From positions 1,309,538 through 1,373,537 of the forward strand of contig JAAOMT010000128.1 in assembly GCA_016748015.1 (NCBI GenBank): DNA of 64,000 bases. The letters are read 5' to 3'. Shown piece by piece: positions 25,085-37,000 of this stretch. Position numbers and translations under genes: made by a program. Within the stretch, counting starts at the first letter, position 1; every line of letters begins with the position of its first letter. The stretch comes from Geosiphon pyriformis uo1 (Eukaryota; Fungi; Glomeromycota). The notes under the pieces were generated by a model, which was not told the origin of the DNA, ran no database searches, and saw nothing but the letters and a program-made list of their open reading frames with translations.

Positions 25085-26455
25085 ATGAACATACAAAAAT
25101 ATCAACAATTACAACATTATCTAAATACTCAACAGTTTAAGGAGAATTTATCTCATATGGAACGAAGGGGTATCAAACAACAATCAAAATATTTTATCAC
25201 TCACCAAAATATACTTTATTGGAAAAATAGAAGAGATCCAGATCAACCAACTAGAGTAATTATGGAGCCAGAAAAAGAGACAATCTTATTCAACATGCAT
25301 TCAAATCTAACAGCAGGACATTTTCACAAAGAAGCAACCATGGAAAAAACTAGAAAAAGATACTATTAGCCATCAATGTACCCAGATATCATTCAATATG
25401 TTCAAAATTGTGATGCTTGTCAGCGAAGAGAAGGAACAAGACCCAGTGAACCACTAAGACCAATTAAAGTGGGACAACCATTTGACTGTATAGAAATTGA
25501 TTTAGTCGGACCATTAACAATCACCAGCAGAGGAAACAGATACATAGCAGTAGCTATAGACTATCTTACTAAATGGCCAGAGGCAAAAGCAATTCAAAGA
25601 GCGGATGCAGAATTCGTTCATCAGGAGTTGATTTGTCGACATGGATGTTCAAAAAAATTATTATCAGACCAAGAAACTCATTTTGTAAACAGAACATTAA
25701 CTGAATTGAGCCAAAGATTTGGAATCAAAAAACCATTATCATCACCATACCATCCACAAACCAACGAATTGGTAGAAAGATTCAACAGAACGTTGTATGA
25801 AGCAATAGCCAAGCTCAGCCAAGAAAACCAGAATGATTGGGATTTGTTCATACCATCAGTACTATTTGCTTATCGGACAATAAAACAAGATACTACACAA
25901 GCAACACCATTTGAACTAGTATACGAAAGAATAGCAACGTTACCAGTAGAGAGAGAAATTAATACATATCCAGCTAAACCAATAACAGAGGAAAATTTTC
26001 AAGAAACACTGCTGAGAAAAACATATGACTTAATAGAAACATTGGAAAACAAACAAAAAAAAGCAGCTAATAATATCCAAAAGTCACAAGAAACACAGAA
26101 AAAAAGACACAATAGTCAACTACCAGACAAACCAGTTGAATTCAAGATCGGAGACAAAGTATTACTACATTGTATCAAAGTGGAAAAACAATGGAGTGGA
26201 AAATTTGACCCCAAATGGGACGGACCATTTCACATAGAAAAAATTCTAGAAAATGGAGCTTAAAAATTAAGATTGGATAACAAAATTTTAACCAAAGCAG
26301 TACATGGAGATTGACTAAAACTATATCACAACATCACATTACCATCTACCAGTAATATTCCACAATTAGGAGTACAGAGAATACTAGTCCAACCAGATAA
26401 AATTCCACGAGATCTGGAATCAATCATTATTATTGACAACAACACGTTAAATTGA
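25085..26455 (+). pseudogene. int: A integrase (own ATG)
   Basis: MHSN..GHF...CDAC, IDLVGP, LSDQ, VERFN, KWDGPF. Confidence 0.93.
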
Positions 26456-26509
26456 TCCATTAAAAGAATATATAAAGACATGGTAAACGCGACAGGAAAT
26501 ATCAGAAAA

Positions 26510-27139
26510 ATGGAAATTACAAACAACATTCACTCACTAGCACAACAACTCTTTCAATTAATTCAACACCAGAAAATGGAGATTACAATCAATCAACAAA
26601 CTATTCAATATCAAGATACTAGAAAGACATTGCAACCCAGAACACAGAAAAAAACTGAAAATACAGTGGACAAAATCATTGCAAAAGTAAAATTAGCAAT
26701 AATCAAAGAATTGACAAAAGAGTCACTATATCAAGAGTTGACTAAAGAAACTTGGAATTGGTAAATACAACAATTTCCACGAAACTATTGTTATTTTTAC
26801 TTGGGACAACACGTAAATATTCAGAATCTATATACAGATAAAACAAAGCGATTATTCGACAAAAGAATACTACAACAATTAGAACATTTTTTGGGAAAGA
26901 ACAACTTATCCACACAAGCCCGAGCCATATATCGAATACACACAGCATTTCAGGATAAACCAGAAATATTGCTCAACAGAGAAATGGATATGGTGACTAG
27001 TAATCAATTGGAAAAAATCCACCAATGCTCAATTTAAAGAATTACAGACACAAATAACACAAGTAATTCTTGAAAATAAAATTCAGAAATACTTCAAGAG
27101 GGGGAATTACATGAGTTAGATTTCGACAGAGCTCATTAA
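26510..27139 (+). pseudogene. A ORF3 (accessory protein; one stop and two compensating indels)
   Basis: MEITNNIHSLAQQL...YCYFYLG...ARAIYRIHTAF...LDFDRAH*; stop abuts PPT AAAAGGAGAGAATAA. Confidence 0.75.
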
Positions 27140-27152
27140 AAGGAGAGAATAA

Positions 27153-28045
27153 TGTTACTCATAGAAATATAGGAATTATATTAGCATAATTATTAGCCAA
27201 TCAGAAGTAAGCGTAGTAAATATGGAATTCCAGGATTCCTCTCAGGAATTGCAGGATTCCAGGAATTTCAGGATTCTCAACAAGGAATTGTAGGATTCCA
27301 AAATTCCAGGATTCCAGGATTCTTCTCAAAGGAATCGCAGGATTCCAGGAATTCCAGGATTCCTGTTGTAAAAAATCGAGGAATTAAGGAATCTTAATTA
27401 TGTATATATAGTAGTAGTGTTAGAAACAGAAAAAGACAGAATCGATACCACAGAATCCTTAGCCAAGAAACTAATTATCAAATAAATAATCATTCCATAT
27501 CTCAATCTACTTTCCACTATCAACCCTTTATGTTGATAGTAATTGATACTTAACCATGCTGGAACAATAGCTCTTAATTACAGCTATTGATGAGATACTA
27601 ATCTGCAAATCGCCTTGGCTTATTTCTTTTCTTTCTTTATTTTCTTTTATTTCTCTTTCTTTATTTTATTTTAATTTGGTTGTTGTATACTAATTGATTA
27701 AAGATTAAGCGCTGAGTTATTGACGTCAAGGATAGCCTGGTAAAAGATCCAGAAATAAGGATAGGATTTTATATATTATCAGATAGCTTACCAGAAGGGC
27801 ACAACTGCCAGAATAAATCCAGCTGCCAAGCTGAAAAAGAAATTGGGCATAATTGCAACTCCAGGACAACTACTACCAACACCACTGAATCTCTGTTCAT
27901 TATACAAAAGACTCAACCAAAACCTTCAGATCCATAAAAACCTTCAGATACAACACCTTCAGACCACTATCAACTGCAATTAGCCTTGAGCATCAAGTTA
28001 CAGGTTTGTTATTTAATTTGACAGCAGAATTAATCATCTGTAATA
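27153..28045 (+). repeat. 3' LTR of A (893 bp)
   Basis: TGTTAC...GTAA(C>T)A; repeat of 8005-8889. Confidence 0.97.
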
Positions 28046-28049
28046 CCAA

Positions 28050-28921
28050 CTAAAAAACAAAAAGCCAAAAGAGGTACAAAAACAGCAGTTCTAACATAAA
28101 ACTTGTTATTAATAACATAAAAAATAAAAGTCTTGAAAACTTTAGAAGAAAAAAGTAAAGTTATTTCATAATTCAAAACCAGATAATCTAAATTCTAACA
28201 CTAAAAACAGTGCCAATTTCCAGAAGTTTTCCATCAAATACAGCATTTTTTTAGTGTACTAGTTTTAATAACTACAGTATTTAAATCAATCTAAGATCCA
28301 AATATAATTAGAACAAACCAGAAATAATGATCAAATCAGAAGAATAAGAAATAAAACATGTTTGATTACCAACTTAAAAAATTATATTACTGATTTTAAA
28401 AGCAATACAGTTAGAGAAAAAATTGATTAACTTGGTTTTAAACCTATTATAAAATATAATAGTCTTATTTTGATTTACCAAAGAAGAAATTCTAATACTA
28501 TTTTTACTCACTAAAACTGATCAATAACTCAAAACAAATATAACAGTATTTAATTCTTTAAAATAAACAACAATATGTTGTTAAATGCTTATAAACTTCA
28601 ATATTAGATAAGCAATTTTACCAAACACACTAAAAGCTGTCTTAATGTTAACAACAAACACATTCAAAGACATATTATGCAGTATAACAGCAGCAAAAAA
28701 AAAGTCAGTCTTAGAAACCACCAAAAATTTGGCAATTTTAAGAGTAATTAAGCAAACAAAGCTTGTAAATTCAGCCAAAAAAGCAGCTTTCAAAGACTCT
28801 TAAGAAGCAAATTCTATATAGAAGAGCTTTACATTGTTTTTTAATATTGATTTTACATTCAGGAAACCATATACAGACTGAAATACAGCTTTAATATAAG
28901 CCAATTTGATCTTGAAAGTAG
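28050..28921 (-). mobile_element. ORF1-only LINE derivative, middle piece (RRM-like region and decayed CCHC knuckle)
   Basis: Reads TFKIKLAYIKAVFQSVYGFL (cf. LINE ORF1 EKLSFIRKIFSSVNGFG), then AAFLAEFTS..., then HCF*C*NLDYLVLNY; joins 8004 across the CCAA TSD. Confidence 0.7.
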
Positions 28922-30983
28922 TGTTATAAGTTGAAGTAACAAGCTAATAGATAGCAAGGAAGAACAGGATTGTAGGGTAATAGAAATAATTAAAGGGAAT
29001 TCAACTTCAAAAAGCAAATTGAATGAGTATGGATTCAATGTGCAAGATCAGTCTTATAAAATATCTCAGTCACTGTGTTTTTCAAAAGATAACTGGAGAA
29101 TTTAAAGATAGAGAGATAGTCCATACTGTTAACAAATAATCACACCTAGTATAATTTTATGCCTCATATTGGCACTTTTAGAATTCAATATCAGATATCA
29201 GATGTACTTTTCAGTCACGTTTTATTTAATAATCTTCAAAATACTGCAATTACACATTTTAAAAAAAGGATAAGGAATAACCAACAAGTAATTTTTTATC
29301 CCAAGATGTTTAAATACTTAAAGGTAGGGAAAGAGAAATTAGTGATAAGAGAATGATTAAAATAAAAGTTGTTATTTTATTTATTTAATTTTCTTGATTT
29401 CTATATGCTTTTCTACAGTGTTACTAGTGGTTTTTGTCAATATTTGGAAATATTTCTTAGTTCAACTGGTAACACACATTACCATGATTATGCTACAGAC
29501 TATAGTATATTATGGGTGTATGGACTATTTCAGTAAATAGGAGAGCAGAAAGAGGTATGTGATAAAGTCATTAAAAGTGAAAGAAAGTATTGTCATTATT
29601 ATTTGTTTTTGGACAAGAATCAGTCTTAGGTATTTGAAAAAGAAAAGAGAAGTTACATCTCTTTATGTGTATCAGAAGCACAACCAACAACAAGAAGAAA
29701 CCAAAACTACTTAAGAAAATTGTAACCAGAATTCTTTCAATTAGTTGTCGAAAAGGTGTGGTGTTTAAATGCCCACTTTGAAAATAAAATTATAGAAATT
29801 ATAAAAGATTGTAAGAGTAAAACATAACTGAAATAGATTTAAACTTTTTATTGTTGAGACCACTTTCTAACAATGTAATACTTTATTACTTATTTTAATA
29901 TTTTAACAACTTGTTCAGTAAAACAAGACTTAATATGAAATAGTGATAACACATGATTTAAAAGATCAGAAGTAATAGAAAACTTGATGATTTTGTTAAC
30001 AAGTAAGTAAGAAGTTATAAATAATGTGATTTCAAATAGTGATAAAAAATATGAGAAGATATACTTGAGATTGTGATGACAAGTATTTAGAGCATAGAAA
30101 AAGAAAAAAAGAGAGTGAAAGGTAGAGGAGAGGATTAATTGCTTACTATAAAACTATAGTGAAGAGTTGGTTCAGTATTGAACTGATACTTTTTTGAGCT
30201 GACAGAAAAGCTGTATATATAGCTAAATTACATTAGATCTATATACTATATTAAGACTATTTAAAATACATTAATTATTTATATATTAATTTAATCAATT
30301 CATGATAAGCTTACTCAGCATGTTATTTTCTCAGAGCTAGTGATTTTTAGATAATCAGATTTAGATGACTGGATCTAAAACATTAATTGTCAATCAATAA
30401 TACCAATTGTGATTATGATCAACATAATTAGAAGTAGATCAATTGATTACATTTCTTGGTAACTACTTTTAATCATTGATTACAGATCTGGAATGTTAGA
30501 TTGTTCTAATAAGAATGTATGAGAATTTTGAAACATAACAAAACCTGTTGTTATCTGATTACATGCATCAATCATTCATTTTTATTGGTGTTTTCTTAGT
30601 TTGCCAAGATTTCTTTGTATCCAACTTAGTTAAACTGTTAGATTGTGCCATATTTTTTTGTTGTAATTGAATTGATTGTTGATCATTTATTTTCAGATTG
30701 CTGGCTGATTTTGTTGATTAAATGCGATAATATAAGTCTTTTTTGCATGATTTTAATGTTAATTTCTATTGTATGTATTGTAATTTTTGCATTAAAAAGT
30801 GTGAAAATCTTCCAATAACAACAGCTAAGAGATTCATTGCTTATATAGCTATTAAAAGTGGTCAATGATCAGGTCAATGACTAGGTCAATGATCATTTTC
30901 TAAAAATAGAGTGGTTAATTTATATGACATCAGTGGCTAATACATGTGATAATTAATAAAAAGTATAAATTTCAACTGTAACA
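28922..30983 (-). repeat. 3' LTR (~2.06 kb) of a third LTR family G, with PPT at 30984-30994
   Basis: Minus strand reads GGAGAGAATGA-TGTTACAG ... ATAACA; TATATATA ~30215; pre-PPT motif resembles A and B; no second copy in the window. Confidence 0.6.
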
Positions 30984-31900
30984 TCATTCTCTCCAAAGAA
31001 ATTAAGTTCTGGTATTATAAGTGATTTTTGGGGTCTCAGGTCAAATATCAAACCCATAACTTGGTGCTCAAAACTACTTGTGTTGTTGATAATATCTTTA
31101 AGTGGTTGGTATTTGAAGGTTTTCCAAATGAGTTCTTTGTATAATGAACAGAGATTCAATAGTTGTTTTATCCGTAGCTTCCCAGATTTACAAGTCTGTC
31201 AATTCTTTTCTTGGCTTGGTGGCCGGCAATCCTCTAGTAAGTAATCTGTATTTTCTGTACATGTTCTACCCATTTGCAGAGGTTTTTTACCAGACAATTT
31301 TTGATGTCAGTAATCAGCGCTTTCAATTAATTGGTTAGTGCACAATAACAAAATCACAGAAAATAAAAAAGTAAAGAAATATAAAGAAAGATAAAAGAAA
31401 AAATAAGAAATAAGCCAAGGCAATTTGTAAGTTAGTATTCCATCAATAGCCATGATCAAGAACTATTGTTCCAGTGTAGTTAAGTATCAATTACTATCAA
31501 CATAAAGTATTGATAGTAAAGAGTGAATTTGATATGGTGAATACTTATTTATTTGAGGATTGTGGTAACTAAGCTAAGAATTCTTGGTGTTGATTCTGTC
31601 TTTTCTGTTTTTAATGCTACTGCTATATATACATATTTGAGATTTCTCAATTCCTCAATTTCTTACGACAGGAATTCTGGAATTTCTAGGATCCTGTGGT
31701 TCCTGATAAGAGAAATCCTGGAATTCTGGAATCCTGCGATTCCTTGTTGGAGAATTCTAAAATTCCTAGAATTCTGCAATTCTTTTGAGAGGAATCTTAG
31801 AATTCCACATTTACTACATCTACATCTGATTGGCTAATATCTACTGACAAATAATAATACTATATTTCCTATATTCTATGAGTAATATTATTTCCTCCTT

Positions 31901-32531
31901 TTAATATTGAGCTTTGTTGAAATCTAACTCTTTTAATTCCCCTTCTTGAATTATTTTCTGAACTTCTTTTTTGAGTATTACTTGTGTTATTTTAGTTTGT
32001 AGTTCTTCAAATTGGGCATTGGTCATTTTTCCCAATTGATTACTTGTAACTGTATCTATTGTTGTGTTGAGTAAGATTTCCGGTCAGTCTTGAAATCTTA
32101 TATATAGCTGGTAAATAGCTCAAGCTTGTGTGGTTAGATTGTTCTTTCTCACAAATTGTTCCAGTTGTCTTAGTATTGTTGTGTCAAATAACCATTTTGT
32201 TTTGTTGGTGTACAAATTCTGGATATTTACATGTTGTCCCAAGTGGAAATAACAATAGTTTTTCAGAAATTGTTGTGTCCACCAAGTCCATGTTTCTCTG
32301 GTAAGTTCTTGGTGTAATCTGACTATTTGTTGTTCTTTTATGGCCAATTTTATTTTGGTTATGATCTTGTCAACCACATTTTCAAAGTCTTTTTTGTGCT
32401 TTGTTTTGTGGTATTTTTGCCATATTTTTGTAACAAATGGTTTGTTGATTGATAGTAATTTTTATCTCCTGATGTTGGATTAATTGAAAAATTTGTTGGG
32501 CTAGTAAATGGATATTGTCCGTAATCTCCAT
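31901..32531 (-). pseudogene. C ORF3
   Basis: MEITDNIHLLAQQIF..YCYFHLGQ..NQLGKMTNAQFEEL..LDFNKAQY*. Confidence 0.75.
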
Positions 32532-32584
32532 TTTTCTGATCTTTTCTGTCATGTCAACCATGTTTTTATATATTTTTTTGTCAA

Positions 32585-33968
32585 TCAATTGGATGTGTTG
32601 TTGTTAATAATAATAATTGGTTCCAGATCTCGTGAAATCTCATCTGATTGGATTAGTATTCTCTGTACTCCTAATTGTGGAATATTACTGGTGAATGAAG
32701 ATGTTATATGGTGATATGGTTTCAGTTGATTTCCATGTACTGCTTTGGTCAAGATTTTGTTATTCAATCTTAATTTGTAAGCTCCATTTCCTAGAATTTT
32801 TTTTATATGAAATGGTCCGTCTCATTTGGAGTCAAATTTTCCACTCCATTGTTTTTCCGCTTTGGTATGATGTAGTAGTACTTTGTCTCCAATCCTGAAT
32901 TCAACTGGTTTATTTGGTAGTTGGTTATCATGTCTTTTTTTTTGTTTTTCTTGTGATTTTTGTATGTTATCAGCTGCTCTTCGTCATTTGTTTTCTAATG
33001 TTTTCATTAAGTCATATGTTCTTCTCAACAATGTATTTTTGAAATTTTCTTCTGTTATTGGTTCGGTTGGGTATGTGCTGACTTCTATTTCTACTGGTAG
33101 TGTTGCTGTTCTACCATATACTAATTCAAATGGTATTGCTTGTGTAGTATCTTGCTTCATTGTCCAATAAGCAAATAGTACTGATGGTATCAACAAATCC
33201 CAATCATTCTGGTTTTTTTGGCTGAGTTTAGCTATTGCTTCACACAATGTTCTGTTAAATCTTTTGACTAATCCATTGGTTTGTGGATGGTATGGTGATG
33301 ATAGTGGTTTCTTAATTCTGAATCTTTGGCTCAATTCTGTTAATGTTTTGTTTACAAAATAAGTTCTTTGGTCTGATAATAATTTTTTTAGACATCCATG
33401 TCGACAGATCAAATCCTGATGAACAAATTCGGCAACAGATTCTGCATCCGCTCTTTGAATTGCTTTCGCCTTTGGCCATTTAGTGAGATAGTCCATGGCT
33501 ACTGCTATGTACCTGTTTCCTCTGCTGGTAATTGTTAATAGTCCGACTAGATCAATTCCAACACAGTCAAATAGTTGTCTTACTTTGATTGGTCTTAACA
33601 GTTTACTGGGTTTCATATCTTCTCTTTACTGACAAGCATCACAATTTTGAACATATTAGATGATGTCTGAATACATTGATGGCCAATAGTATCTTTTTCT
33701 GGTTTTTTTCATGGTTGCTTCTTTATGAAAATGTTCTGCTGTTGAATTTAAGTGCATGTTGAATAATATTGTCTCTTTTTCTGGCTCTGTAATTACTCTG
33801 GTTGGTTGATTTGGATCTTTTCTATTTTTCCAATAAAGTATATTTTAGTGAGTGATAAAATATTTTGATTGTTGTTTGATACTCTTTCATTCCATTTGAG
33901 ATAAATTCTCCTTGAACTGTTGAGTGTTTATATAATGTTGAAGTTGTTGATATTTTTGTATGTTTATT
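32585..33968 (-). pseudogene. int: C integrase
   Basis: GIDLVG, LSDQ, GLVKRFN; tail IPQLGVQRILIQSDEISRDLEPIII. Confidence 0.9.
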
Positions 33969-34029
33969 TTTTGTTATATTTTTCATTGGTATTGTTCTGG
34001 TTTTGTTATATTTTTGTGTTAAAATGTTC

Positions 34030-37000
34030 TTAAATTTGTTTTATTCATAACAAACCGTCAGCATTTCTGTTGTCTTTTCCTTTTTTGTAATGTATAGTAT
34101 AATTGTATGGTGCGAGTGCCATTTTCCATCTTGACTGTCTTCCATCTCCAAATTCTTGTTTTTGGAGTGATGTTAATCCCTTGTGATCTGTGTATACTTC
34201 AAACTTCTGGCTCAAGTATTCTTTCCATTTTATGACTGACCAGTATATTGCTAAGTGTTCTTGTTCCAGTGTTCCATAGTTCTTTTCGGCTGGTGTTAAA
34301 CCTCTGCTAGCATATACTACTGAATGTTCTCTGCCATCTGGTCCTTTCTGAGATAATACTGCTCCCAATGCTTGGCTGAATGCATTGGTGGTAATGATAA
34401 ATGGTTTGCTGTAATCTGGATAGATCAGTACTGGAGCTTGAATGAGTTTTCTTTTTAGAATATCAAAAGCTTTTTGTTGACTTTCTGTTCATTTATATTT
34501 TGTATTCTTGGTTTGCAGTTAGTTGAGTAACTGTGCTATCTTGAAAAAGTTCTTGATAAAACATTAATAGTAGCTGGCGAATCCCAAGAATGATTTCAGT
34601 TCTGTCATATTGGTCAGCACTGGAAAGTTCTTTACTATCTCTATTTTCTCTGGATCCATTTTGATGCTGTCTTTGCTGACTATGTGTCCCAAGAATTTTA
34701 GTTCTGTCTTGTCAAAGAAGCACTTTGTTGCATTTAACTTTAGTTCTGCTCTTCTTAGTCTTTCGAACACTTGTTGAAGATGATGAAAATGATCATTAAA
34801 TGTTTTTAAGAATACACTGGTGTTGTCCAAGTATACAACTACTGATTTCCACAATAAGCCAGTATAGACAATTTCCATTAGCTGTTGGAAAGTGGCTGGT
34901 GTGTTGGTTAAACCGAATGGCATTACTTCAAATTCAAAATTCTCTTCTCTCGTGGTAAATACCATCTTCTCTTTGTCGGCTGGATCTATAGCCACTTGTC
35001 AGTAACCACTGTCCAAAGTCTAATGTTGAGAACCATTTGTTCCTGCCAAAAGCATCAAATAATTCCTGTATCTATGGAGTTGGATAGCTGTCTCCACAAG
35101 TTACACTATTGAGTTTCCTGTAGTCTACACAAAATCGGATTTTTCCATTTTTCTTATGGACGAGTACCACTGGTGATAACCATAGGCTCATTGATGGCTG
35201 AATTAGCCCATTGTCAAGCATTCAGTTTATTTCTTGACAAATAATCTCATGGCTGGCTGGTGGCACTCTGTATGCTCTTTGTTTAATTGGCATTGCATCT
35301 TCAGTTTTGATCTGATGCTAGATGATGTCAGTTCGGCCAAACTCATTTTCACTGGCAAAGATGTTATTGAACTGGTTAAGCAACATCTTGAGTTGCATAC
35401 GTTGGAGTGGATCTAAGTTTCCTATGCTCATTTGTTTCAATTGTTCTGGTTGGAGCAAATAACATTCACTTTGTCTGTATATTGTTTGTGATATGACATT
35501 GACATATTCACAAAGTTGTGGAAAGTCTGGAATGGAGTTTGGTGGTTGATCCTCTATTTTAGTGTTTAAGTATTCAATGATGGTTCTAGCTGGTATTACT
35601 ATGCCATTTTCTGTGTTGTTGTAGATAAGAATTTTGATGTGGCTGTAATTTTTGGCTGGTATGTAGAGATTGATGAGTCCAACTTCTCTTGATTCACAAA
35701 GACTGGCTTCTGCTTCAAAAATTTGTGCTTGGTCTTTTTCTTTCCTTTCTATTGCTAGCATGTACTAATTATATGGTGGAATAGAAATAGCTTGACCAGT
35801 TGAGATAATTTTTCCTTGGCCAACAATTTCTTCCTCTGTCATATTAACTAGTACATCTATTCTATCTGTTGACCCAAATTCCTGTATTCCTCTTGCTGTT
35901 ATTCCTAATTCCTTCCTCTTTCCCACTGATATTAATTGAGCTACTCTAACCAGAGACAGGAATATTGTGTGTGCTATTTTTTCATTGGGCTCTATTATAT
36001 AGGTCTTTTCCGAGTCATTTTGTAGTATAGTGATAATATTTCCTACATATCCTGCATCAATTATTCCTCCTCTTATATTAATCTCTCTTTTCGCTAAACT
36101 ACTCCTAAATGCTAATTGAACTATTGTTGTTGCTGGAATTTTTAGTGCTACTTTCAGATCAATGCAGGTGCATGAATGTGGTTTCAATTTGATAACCTCT
36201 TTTCCTAGATACTTCAGATCAAACTTTGCATCAGTATCATGCACACGTTCTGGCATAATATCTTCCCCATTGTCACTATACCATTTCAACTCTTGTTTCT
36301 TGGAGAGATCTGGTAGTGCAATGTATTGTTCATAGTTTAAATCGGAGTTTGAATCTGAGTTTGAATCGTTTTTGTTGTCATTGCCATTTTGAATGGAGCT
36401 GGAACTGGTGTTTTTGTTGTTGTCGTCGGAGTCTGGATCACGATTGATCAGCAATTCTGATTCCGATGCACAACTGCTAATTGGTTCTTCTTCTTCAGGG
36501 ATTATGTAGATCATGCATGGTGGTGGATTGTAAATGAGGTCACAATTGTTACAATATTCAAAGTCACTGGAAATTAAACAATGGCGACACAGTCTTGTAT
36601 TTAACTGTGCTAGCCATTGTTCTTGCTCTTTTCTAGTGGATGCCAAGTTTTGGTAGTGTTCATGGAACTCATCTGGTTCCAGAAAATTTATGACTGGCTC
36701 TGCATTCTAGTCAAGCTCGATGGGTTCTGGTGGATTGTTTTTAATTGTTCTGATTTTTTCTGACAATGCGCTTTTAATTTTGGTGATTACTATCTGCCAT
36801 AATTCATTGTCATTGTGTGGACAATTGTCCAATCACTGTACAGCTCTTCTCCAGACAGCTTCTATGGGTGTTCCTTTCTCGACCCAGTCACTGATAAGGA
36901 TTGTGTATTGGCAGAACACATCGCACGTTCCTTCTCTCCCAGGAATGTTGTTTCACATTTTTTCATCGAAGAAAGTTTCTCTACAGGCTAGATATGGTGT

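Larger units (their letters stand above)
8005..28045 (+). mobile_element. Ty3/Gypsy LTR retrotransposon A (~10.2 kb without nested B), full length, inactivated
   Basis: Paired LTRs, TSD CCAA (8001-8004 and 28046-28049), PBS, PPT, gag-PR-dUTPase-RT-RH-INT order. Confidence 0.97.
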
